From assembly GCA_964402035.1 (NCBI GenBank), contig CAYOAM010000001.1, forward strand, positions 179,558-243,557: a stretch of 64,000 bases of DNA, given 5' to 3'. This document shows positions 29,406 to 36,740 of this stretch, in pieces. The DNA comes from an uncultured Candidatus Saccharibacteria bacterium (GTDB lineage Bacteria > Patescibacteriota > Minisyncoccia > Phycocordibacterales > UBA918). Positions within the stretch are counted from its first letter, which is position 1, and each line of letters opens with the position of its first letter. A program made the translations under genes and the position numbers. The notes below the pieces were generated by a model, which saw nothing but the letters and a program-made list of their open reading frames with translations, was not told the origin of the DNA and made no database searches.

Positions 29406-29768
29406 CTAGTTAATTTTAGTTTTAATTTGAAAAGTAATTTTGTCCATCTCTACATTTGATTGAGAATCGTGACTAGCCCTTAATCTTATTGGTACTGAAC
29501 CAGTGAGGATCACCTTGCCGTGGTCATAGCTGATGCTTTCTACAAAATCTATAAGGAACTTCCTTTTTGCTTTAAGGTCGATACTCCTTTCAAATCTTGC
29601 TCGTGTAGTCTCACAAAATATCCTTAAGTTCGCATCGATTATATCCTCATCGTGCAGGGTGGGTATTTGTTTGAGAAGTTCCTTTAAATCAAGGAAATGG
29701 ATCAGAAATGGGGACAGGGACAATACTTTAAACAAAGGAAATGGGGACAGGGACAATACTTTAAACAA
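29406..29768 (-). CDS. Hypothetical ORF whose N-terminal 30 codons are encoded by the REP repeats; probably a disrupted gene remnant
   Basis: The N-terminus MFKVLSLSPFPLFKVLSLSPF is the translation of the tandem REP units. No internal ATG except near the C-terminus. Confidence 0.2.
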   Translation of the reverse strand: MFKVLSLSPFPLFKVLSLSPFLIHFLDLKELLKQIPTLHDEDIIDANLRIFCETTRARFERSIDLKAKRKFLIDFVESISYDHGKVILTGSVPIRLRASHDSQSNVEMDKITFQIKTKIN

Positions 29769-29770
29769 AA
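29691..29770. repeat. Left REP-like array: 2.3 tandem copies of ggaaatggggacagggacaatactttaaacaaa (33-nt period)
   Basis: Seen directly. Inverted relative to the array at 30480-30554. Confidence 0.8.
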
Positions 29771-29788
29771 GTATTGCATAATATTGTC

Positions 29789-30457
29789 ATGCCTCGCCAA
29801 GCACGTGTTGCGGTGAAAGATGTGGTGTACCATGTCATCAATCGTTCCAATGGTCGAGCGAGGATATTCGAGAAAGACAGTGACTATCAGCATTTTGAGT
29901 CACCGCTCACCGAAGCCCGGGAACTAACAGATATGCGTATCCTTGCATACTGTATTATGCCCAACCATTGGCATCTTATACTCCATCCACGTTCAGACAC
30001 CAACCTTGCTGAATTTATGAGTTGGCTCACCACGACTCATGTCCGCCAGTATCGCACTCGCACGCAAAGTATTGGCTATGGTCACCTCTATCAAGATCGA
30101 TACAAATCATTTCCCGTTGAGACCAATGACTATTGCGCAACACTGATCCGCTACATTGAACAGAACCCATTGCGCGCTCGACTCATTCAAAGAGCCGAAG
30201 ACTGGCAATGGTCAAGTCTCTGGAGACGAGAGCAGGGAAGCGATGCACAGAAGAGGCTGCTTGCGGAGTTACCCACTGACCTTCCTGCAAACTATCTGCA
30301 GTCTGTGAATGAGATACTTAAACCTAAAATAATAGAAAATATTCGTTACTCGGTGAACAAAGGAAAACCATATGGCTCAGAAAGGTGGGTGAGTACCATG
30401 GTGGGTGACTTTGCATTAAGGTATACGCTTCGTGGTCCAGGTCGTCCGAAGAAATAG
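29789..30457 (+). CDS. REP-associated tyrosine transposase (RAYT, IS200/Y1 HUH family)
   Basis: HUH motif HWHLILH and catalytic Tyr region (YIEQNPLRARL..EDWQWSS). Aligns by eye with the E. coli RAYT YafM pattern. Maximal ORF from TTG 29774. Confidence 0.85.
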   Translation: MPRQARVAVKDVVYHVINRSNGRARIFEKDSDYQHFESPLTEARELTDMRILAYCIMPNHWHLILHPRSDTNLAEFMSWLTTTHVRQYRTRTQSIGYGHLYQDRYKSFPVETNDYCATLIRYIEQNPLRARLIQRAEDWQWSSLWRREQGSDAQKRLLAELPTDLPANYLQSVNEILKPKIIENIRYSVNKGKPYGSERWVSTMVGDFALRYTLRGPGRPKK

Positions 30458-31010
30458 AAAATATTACACAATGAAAAGTGGAAAAATATTGTCCCTGTCC
30501 CCAATTTCCTGGAAAAATATTGTCCCTGTCCCCAATTTCCTCCCCAATTTCCTGAATCCAGTAGGTTCACTGATTGATTCCGTTACGGCTGCAAAAGATA
30601 AACTGGTGGAATTCCAAAACAGCAGTGACCCAGAGCGAGATGCCATGCTTGCTGATGGAATTATCACTTTTGCAGAGATGGTCGTGTTGCGAAATCGTGG
30701 GAATGTGGGGGATGACGTTATTAGAGAGACTCTTAGCGGAAGTGGGGACATTCGAAGAGTACACAGATTGTCATCAACTGATGCACTCACAACAGGTGAA
30801 CAATTCCTCGGTCCTGGTTATAAACAACTAGGTAAGCCAAATTCAGGTGTGTTTAGAAGCGCTGATGGACTGAGGCAATTTAAGATTGATGGGGGATCAC
30901 TTATCCATCCACAAGGAGCACACGTCAGTTTTGAAGCGTTTAATGTAAGTCAGTCTACTAACCCGTATGCAGAACCGTATGTAAACAATCACGTCTTTTT
31001 AACAAATTAA
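30432..31010 (+). CDS. Putative orphan toxin C-terminal domain (5' part overlaps the RAYT 3' end and REP array; the real module probably starts near 30556)
   Basis: Location in the cassette array with a small gene immediately 3'. No recognisable Rhs core upstream, consistent with displacement by the REPIN-RAYT insertion. Domain family not recognised. Confidence 0.3.
   Translation: MVQVVRRNRKYYTMKSGKILSLSPISWKNIVPVPNFLPNFLNPVGSLIDSVTAAKDKLVEFQNSSDPERDAMLADGIITFAEMVVLRNRGNVGDDVIRETLSGSGDIRRVHRLSSTDALTTGEQFLGPGYKQLGKPNSGVFRSADGLRQFKIDGGSLIHPQGAHVSFEAFNVSQSTNPYAEPYVNNHVFLTN
30480..30554. repeat. Right REP-like array: 2.4 tandem copies of ggaaaaatattgtccctgtccccaatttcc (reverse complement of the left units)
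   Basis: Seen directly. Together with 29691-29770 it forms inverted REP doublets around the RAYT gene (REPIN-like). Confidence 0.8.
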
Positions 31011-31013
31011 AAT

Positions 31014-31331
31014 ATGCAAGAAATTTACTTTAACAGAATAGGCATCCTGCGAAAAAGTATACATCCAAAAGAAATTGGTTGGTATATTACGATTCAAGAT
31101 GATACTCAAATCAGTGGAGGGTGCAAAGTTTTTACTTCAAATAATATTGATTTTGAGTCTGATGCAAGTGACGCAGCAAAAATTGTCTTTGATCATTGGT
31201 ATGAAACAGAACTTCACGTATCTAAAGGCATTGAAGCATGGGGTCGAGAGATTGAGTGGACTAACAATTATATCACCATTGAGTGGGCAGATGATATGAA
31301 ATCATGGAAGTGGAAGAAAATGGATAAATAG
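31014..31331 (+). CDS. Candidate immunity protein (105 aa, soluble, Trp-rich)
   Basis: Starts 4 nt after the preceding stop. No TM helices. Confidence 0.35.
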   Translation: MQEIYFNRIGILRKSIHPKEIGWYITIQDDTQISGGCKVFTSNNIDFESDASDAAKIVFDHWYETELHVSKGIEAWGREIEWTNNYITIEWADDMKSWKWKKMDK

Positions 31332-31359
31332 TAATGTAAATAAGGTATCAACTACCTTT

Positions 31360-31533
31360 ATGCCCAAAACTTCAGTAGCCCCATACTCCAAAACATACAC
31401 CTGGGACTATGCAAATAGACTCACAGGTACCACCATAGGCTCTCTCAGTACCACCTATCAATACAACCACGAAGGTCAGCGTGTATACAAAACCAATGCC
31501 TCAGGCACCACGACGATATACATATTAGTATAA
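31360..31533 (+). pseudogene. Truncated Rhs core remnant (57 codons, MPKTSVAPYSKTYTWDYANRLTGTTIGSLSTTYQYNHEGQRVYKTNASG...)
   Basis: Homologous to main-gene region 24440-24570 (SKTYTWDYANRLSSTVIGSLTTTYQYNHEGQRVYKTNASG). Ends in a stop after 8 unrelated codons. Confidence 0.5.
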
Positions 31534-31591
31534 ATTCTATATGAAACGGTTTCTGGAATGAATCGGAAAATAGTGACTGTCCTCAATTTCA

Positions 31592-31619
31592 CTTTTTTGC
31601 GAGGTATAGAGTGAAATAA
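31592..31619. repeat. 28-bp direct repeat copy 2 (identical to 16995-17022); right boundary of the Rhs island
   Basis: Seen directly. Perfect match to the tgt 3' end. Confidence 0.8.
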
Positions 31620-31652
31620 AAAATACCGATTTTGCCAGTGTGGCAGAATCGG
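31612..31652 (-). terminator. Rho-independent terminator for the minus-strand gene 31679-32023
   Basis: Hairpin ccgattttgcca / tggcagaatcgg followed on the minus strand by a TATTTTTTATTT tract. Confidence 0.5.
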
Positions 31653-31678
31653 CATTTGAGCGATACACCGTCATGTGG

Positions 31679-32023
31679 TCATGGAATCAGTCTTTCGGCA
31701 CATACCTTTGCGGTCGCGCCGCTATATTTGTCGGCGATCGGAAGTCCAACCTTAAGCCATTTCTCCACCTCGGCTGGGCGTTGCCAGTTTGATACTGTTT
31801 TGAGGCTCTGCAACACAATCTCGACATCGGGTCGTTTCTTGAATTGAACAACGCAGATGGCGCCTAAGGCGTCAGCGACTGCTGCGTTCGCTGCTGTCTG
31901 TGCCGAGTCTCTGGCTGTTCCGCTAGTAACCCAGCCGCCCCACCAGAAGCCGACGATAGTTGCAGCAATTACCCCTGCGACCGCACCCTTTACTGCATAC
32001 CAAAACTTGTCAGGAATCTTCAT
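31679..32023 (-). CDS. Small membrane-anchored hypothetical protein (114 aa)
   Basis: TM helix (VAGVIAATIVGFWWGGWV). Terminator downstream. Confidence 0.5.
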   Translation of the reverse strand: MKIPDKFWYAVKGAVAGVIAATIVGFWWGGWVTSGTARDSAQTAANAAVADALGAICVVQFKKRPDVEIVLQSLKTVSNWQRPAEVEKWLKVGLPIADKYSGATAKVCAERLIP

Positions 32024-32110
32024 GATGTATTCCTTTCATTCGTTCGTAGAGAAGGGGATCTGCTCTGCCGTATCTATAAGAACAGTAGCATACAATCGGA
32101 TTCTCAGATA

Positions 32111-32145
32111 CAAAATAAAAATAGCCGATACTCGAAGGTATCGGC
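32111..32145 (-). terminator. Rho-independent terminator on the minus strand (gccgatac-tcgaag-gtatcggc plus TATTTTTATTTTG)
   Basis: Seen directly. Terminates a minus-strand transcript coming from the GC-rich region 32146-32395. Confidence 0.6.
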
Positions 32146-32395
32146 AGAAAATCGTAAGCTGTTGGAGGGGCGACTAGGACAGTGGACGTCACACAGCCTA
32201 ATCTTTATATTTGAGTATGGGGCATTTCGTAGCGCAGGGAGGTGCGGAGCACCCCCGAGGGAGGAGAGCCTTTCAGCTCCCGGCTCAGGTTTATCCGTCC
32301 TGCGTGAACATGTACCGCCACCAACTCCTGGAGTCTTGGCACCCTCACAGGTGACAAGCCTGCCACCTCACTTTCGCAAGGAACAGCTAAAAACA
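32146..32395 (-). ncRNA. Candidate structured ncRNA (about 250-285 nt), possibly a reduced RNase P RNA (rnpB)
   Basis: GC-rich island with no credible ORF. Putative promoter TTGACT-N16-TATGCT at about 32432-32404 on the minus strand. Terminal helix agcuguu / aacagcu (P1-like). Segments GAAAGU, GGGUGCCAAG...CCAGGAG and CUGAAAGGCUC resemble conserved RNase P RNA blocks. Intrinsic terminator at the 3' end. Confidence 0.3.
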
Positions 32396-32456
32396 AGCAT
32401 ATACCATAGAGTTAGAAAGTCAATAAAATAAAATATTTGCTATACTCTGTGAGCAT

Positions 32457-34499
32457 ATGGATAAATTTGTACTCAAAACTGACCACAGGCCGGCCGGGGA
32501 TCAACCCGCGGCCATTAAAAGCCTGATCGCTGGTGTCCATGAGGGCATGAAGCATCAGACTCTTTTGGGTGTGACGGGGTCTGGAAAGACGTTTACGGCA
32601 GCGAATGTGATAGAAGCAATTGGAAAGCCAACGCTAGTGATTGCGCACAACAAGACCCTCGCTGCACAGCTTGCGCAAGAATACCGTGATTTTTTCCCAG
32701 AAAATGCCGTCCACTATTTCGTCTCATACTACGACTATTATCAGCCGGAAGCGTATATGCCGGTCTCGGATACCTATATTGAGAAAGAAGCACAAATCAA
32801 TGAAGAAATCGAACGCCTTCGTCACGCCTCAACACAAGCGCTGCTCACACGTAAAGACGTAATTATTGTTGCATCGGTTTCGTGCATTTATGGATTGGGG
32901 TCACCTATTGAGTATGAGAAGGTGCATAAAAAAATAGCGCGTGGTTTTGCTACATCGCGCACTGAGATGATCCGCTTTCTCATTGGCATGTATTTTGAAC
33001 GTACAAATGCCGACCTCACGCCGGGACATTTTCGGGCGGTAGGAAATCATATTGAAATCATGCCGACCAATGAGCGATCGATATACAGGCTATCGTTTGA
33101 TAAGGATGGAGTATCGATGATCACCAAAATCGATGCCATCACGAGATCTATCATGGTTGAATCTGTCGATACCTTCTTCCTATTTCCTGCAAAACACTTT
33201 GTGACACCGGAGGGGGAGCGTGCACGAGCTATCAAAGATATACAAGAAGAACTCGATGTGCAGCTTAAGAAATTCGCCGATGCGGGGAAATTGCTTGAGG
33301 CGGAGCGTCTAAAGCGACGTACGACATACGACCTCGCGCTTATCCGTGAAGTAGGCTATTGCAATGGGATTGAAAATTATTCACGCCATTTTGATGGTCG
33401 CAACGCTGGAGAAGCTCCGTACACACTCCTCTCCTATTTTCCCCACAAAGAAGATGGGACTCCAGATTTCCTCACTATCATCGACGAATCACATGTCACG
33501 ATTCCGCAGCTTGCGGGTATGTATGCGGGTGATCGATCACGCAAGGTGACGCTGGTCGATTTCGGTTTTCGTCTACCGAGCGCGATTGATAATCGTCCGC
33601 TCAACTTTGACGAGGTAGAGGAGCGTCTTGGGCAACGTATCTACACATCGGCAACACCAGGTACCTACGAATACACGCATTCAGTGCCGAAGGATGGGCA
33701 GATAGTGGAGCAGATTATTCGTCCTACTGGACTCATTGACCCCTTGATCGAGATACGTCCTATTGTTGAGCATGATACGTATCCAGGTCAGGTGCGTGAC
33801 TTTATAGCGCATGCCGAACGTGTGATCGCTGAAGGTGGTCGAGTACTCGTAACAACACTTACCAAAAAAATGGCCGAAGATCTTTCGGAATTTTTAAAAG
33901 AGCGAAACATAAAAGCAGAATATATTCATAGTGATATTAAGACTATCGACCGCATCATCATACTTACTAACTTTAGAAAAGGTGTGTTTGATTGCTTGGT
34001 GGGAGTCAATCTTTTGCGTGAAGGGCTTGATCTCCCCGAAGTCGAGCTCGTGTCTATTTTTGATGCAGATAAAGAAGGTTTTTTGCGTTCTGAAACATCA
34101 CTTATCCAGACAATCGGTCGCGCTGCTCGCAATGTCAAAGGGAAGGTGGTGCTGTATGCAGATCAGATCACCGAGTCAATGCGGAAATCGATACGTGAGA
34201 CGGATCGTCGTCGAGCACTGCAAGTCACGTACAACGAAAAACATGGCATTACTCCGCGAACGATCATCAAAGCGATCCACGATATTACAGAAGCGATGCA
34301 CACTGAGCATGAAAAGACGCTGGGTACACTGATGGCGATCGACGCAGAACTATATACTGCAAATCCTAAAGCATTTATCAAAGAAAAAAAAGAGCAAATG
34401 CAGGAGGCGGTCAAGATACTTGATTTTGAAACGGCAGCAATACTGCGCGATGAGATTGCGCTACTTGAAGACAAGCCAAAGAAAAAGAAACGCTCATAG
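32457..34499 (+). CDS. uvrB: Excinuclease ABC subunit B
   Basis: Walker A GVTGSGKTF. YFVSYYDYYQPEAY. C-terminal UVR domain (ETAAILRDEIALLE). Confidence 0.95.
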   Translation: MDKFVLKTDHRPAGDQPAAIKSLIAGVHEGMKHQTLLGVTGSGKTFTAANVIEAIGKPTLVIAHNKTLAAQLAQEYRDFFPENAVHYFVSYYDYYQPEAYMPVSDTYIEKEAQINEEIERLRHASTQALLTRKDVIIVASVSCIYGLGSPIEYEKVHKKIARGFATSRTEMIRFLIGMYFERTNADLTPGHFRAVGNHIEIMPTNERSIYRLSFDKDGVSMITKIDAITRSIMVESVDTFFLFPAKHFVTPEGERARAIKDIQEELDVQLKKFADAGKLLEAERLKRRTTYDLALIREVGYCNGIENYSRHFDGRNAGEAPYTLLSYFPHKEDGTPDFLTIIDESHVTIPQLAGMYAGDRSRKVTLVDFGFRLPSAIDNRPLNFDEVEERLGQRIYTSATPGTYEYTHSVPKDGQIVEQIIRPTGLIDPLIEIRPIVEHDTYPGQVRDFIAHAERVIAEGGRVLVTTLTKKMAEDLSEFLKERNIKAEYIHSDIKTIDRIIILTNFRKGVFDCLVGVNLLREGLDLPEVELVSIFDADKEGFLRSETSLIQTIGRAARNVKGKVVLYADQITESMRKSIRETDRRRALQVTYNEKHGITPRTIIKAIHDITEAMHTEHEKTLGTLMAIDAELYTANPKAFIKEKKEQMQEAVKILDFETAAILRDEIALLEDKPKKKKRS

Positions 34500-34553
34500 C
34501 TTCTCTACAGTTCCTAGTTTTATAAAGAGCCAACGGGCCATATACTAAGAGAT

Positions 34554-36686
34554 ATGAAGCGCGCACTTATGCGAATACCTATTGCTGATGCTACCAAAGC
34601 GGCTGTTGGTAAAAAAAAGCGGAGGGCACGCCCAATTGCAGAAGCCCCAACCTTTAGCGTTGGTATTGTGGATGGACGCATAAAACCATTGGCAGAACAT
34701 GAAGAAGTGACAAGTGTTGAGTCTGTAGTGGAAAAAAAAGTGGAAGAAAGAAAGAAAAAAACCGTTACGAAAAAAAAAGAAGAGCAGCTTGCAGTTTTGC
34801 CCCCACTCGAAACAACACCCATTGAGCAGGTGGTACCAGAACGCGTGGTCACCGTGCGTGCAGAAGGACGACCTTTTTTGGCTTCGCCAGGAACATTTTG
34901 GTCAGTACGCGTTGCTTGGTATACAGGACTTTTGTATGTACTTATTGGCGTGTCCGCTGCTATCCATGGCCTTGGTGGTATATATGTAGACTCATTATAT
35001 ACCGAGACAATGACCGTGGTGGGGCGTAGCGCTACCGCCTTAGTGCTTGAGCATGACATGGAGCGTCTGACTACACCGACTACGAGTGATCTAAACACGG
35101 AGCTCTCGTACACAACAGCACTTGCGCCTGAGGCAAGCGAACTCACACATCCAGTTACACTACACATAGAGTCGGTCCAAGGTGTGGTAGAGGGGATTGT
35201 ACAAAGCACGGTGAGCGTACTCGATGCACAACGTGTGGATCTATACCTGATACCCACCTCGAGTTTGACGCCATTGTTTTTAGGAACAGCAGAGCGCACG
35301 GCAGATACGCTCTGGTCCATAGATTGGTCTTCATTTGATGTTCCGAATGGTGCCTATACTTTACGCGCACGCATTACCAACGTGTATGGTACGTACGACG
35401 GAGCGACGAAGGAGGTGGTGGTACGCAATCGCTACGACAGTACTCCAACAGATGTAACCGCTGCGCTTGCATCAGAACAAATCGCAGGTATAAAAGAGCA
35501 GATTGCAGTCGTCGATGCTGAATTGCAAAAAGAAAATCCTGCACCAAGTCTCCGTACCGCACTCAGACCTTTTTTGGATACGACACAACCAGTCGTAGTT
35601 GCAGAGGAGGTTGGAACATCGACCGAGGAAATGAATCCACTACAAGAACTTTCGATGATGTATGAAGATACGTCGGCGATTTTTGTTGAGGCGACAACGT
35701 CTTCGTCGTCTATCGACATTGGGCAAGCAGAAGCGTTTGAAAAACTATTTGATACGTTGCTGGTACGATTGGCGGCATTTGTTCGTGCGGATAATAAGAG
35801 GGGTATGGATCGCACAAAGGAGGATATTGATACACTGGTCTTTACTACGCTTGAGAATCCGGCATTTGCAAATGCTACATCAACCGATCTCGAGGGACTC
35901 CGTAACGCGGTGCGTGATACGACGACGGCATTAACAGCACGTGTTATTGCTCGAGAGACGTTGGTCCGTGAACGTGTCGGGCCCGTGGTCTTGAGTGATA
36001 CTGATCGTGATGGTCTTACGGGATATGACGAAGTCACTAATTATGGCACGGATCCCTATATTGCCGACAGTGATCTCGATGGTTTTATCGATGGGTCTGA
36101 AATAGCTCTTGGCTATAATCCAAACAATGCAGAGAGTGAATCGACACTAAAATTTAGTGATCCAAGAACTTTTGCGGGGGCGCGCGATGCTCTTGTTTCG
36201 ATTACGATACCTGAAACAGCAGGTGAGGTCGCGACAACATCATCTACGCTCAAGATTTCTGGTACTGGGCTACCACATAGTTTTGTGACACTGCATATCT
36301 ACAGTGATCAACTCGTGGTCTCTGCGCGCACCAATAGTGATGGTGTCTGGAGTGTTGATAAAGATCTACCGTTGCAATATGGTAGCCATACTATTTATGC
36401 CACATTTTCAGACAATCATGGGGATTTGATTGCGGTTAGTGCACCGCAGAGTGTCACGCGAACCGCCGCAGGGTATTCATTTGCAGGTCGGACAACAAAA
36501 GCATCGGAACTATTTTCTGTGTATGTACCGATGGTACTATCTGCGAATACATTTTTACTCGTCAGTGCGCTTCTGGTGATTATTTGTGGGTTACTCTTAC
36601 TTATGATCAGTGTCTTTATCTCGCGTAAACAACAGGAGAGTGAGTCTGTCCCCGTGACATCGCTCGTCGCCACGCTATCCAGCTGA
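34554..36686 (+). CDS. Surface protein with basic cytoplasmic N-terminus, TM helix, acidic Ca-binding (thrombospondin-type-3/dockerin-like) repeats, Ig-like domain and C-terminal TM anchor
   Basis: KKKRR-rich N-terminus, TM helix (WYTGLLYVLIGVSAAIHGL). DTDRDGLTGYDEVTNYGTDPYIADSDLDGFIDGSE repeats. Big/Ig-like segment. C-terminal TM helix LLVSALLVIICGLLLLMISVFI. Confidence 0.55.
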   Translation: MKRALMRIPIADATKAAVGKKKRRARPIAEAPTFSVGIVDGRIKPLAEHEEVTSVESVVEKKVEERKKKTVTKKKEEQLAVLPPLETTPIEQVVPERVVTVRAEGRPFLASPGTFWSVRVAWYTGLLYVLIGVSAAIHGLGGIYVDSLYTETMTVVGRSATALVLEHDMERLTTPTTSDLNTELSYTTALAPEASELTHPVTLHIESVQGVVEGIVQSTVSVLDAQRVDLYLIPTSSLTPLFLGTAERTADTLWSIDWSSFDVPNGAYTLRARITNVYGTYDGATKEVVVRNRYDSTPTDVTAALASEQIAGIKEQIAVVDAELQKENPAPSLRTALRPFLDTTQPVVVAEEVGTSTEEMNPLQELSMMYEDTSAIFVEATTSSSSIDIGQAEAFEKLFDTLLVRLAAFVRADNKRGMDRTKEDIDTLVFTTLENPAFANATSTDLEGLRNAVRDTTTALTARVIARETLVRERVGPVVLSDTDRDGLTGYDEVTNYGTDPYIADSDLDGFIDGSEIALGYNPNNAESESTLKFSDPRTFAGARDALVSITIPETAGEVATTSSTLKISGTGLPHSFVTLHIYSDQLVVSARTNSDGVWSVDKDLPLQYGSHTIYATFSDNHGDLIAVSAPQSVTRTAAGYSFAGRTTKASELFSVYVPMVLSANTFLLVSALLVIICGLLLLMISVFISRKQQESESVPVTSLVATLSS

Positions 36687-36740
36687 TTTGCGAGTAATCG
36701 TATAACTCGTATACTATGAGGTTCGTGTCAGTCCTTTCTT

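Larger units (their letters stand above)
29691..30554 (+). mobile_element. REPIN-RAYT unit (RAYT gene flanked by inverted REP arrays) inserted in the toxin cassette array
   Basis: Combination of the three features above. Confidence 0.7.

Noticed and set aside
29406-29768. Treating the minus-strand 120-aa ORF as an intact gene
   Set aside because: Its first about 30 codons are literally the REP repeat units (FKVLSLSPF twice). It is more likely a disrupted remnant or a chance ORF created by the insertion.
32162-32431. ORFs 32010-32192(-), 32162-32431(+) and 32205-32396(-)
   Set aside because: All lie in the GC-rich candidate ncRNA region. The frames are mutually overlapping with no RBS. They are more consistent with a structured RNA.
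34520-35320. 266-aa ORF on the minus strand
   Set aside because: It is entirely antisense to the well-supported 34554-36686 gene. Its Ser/Thr/Ala-rich composition is typical of a mirror frame of a GC-skewed gene. It has no RBS.
35432-36037. 201-aa minus-strand ORF
   Set aside because: Mirror frame inside the 34554-36686 surface-protein gene.
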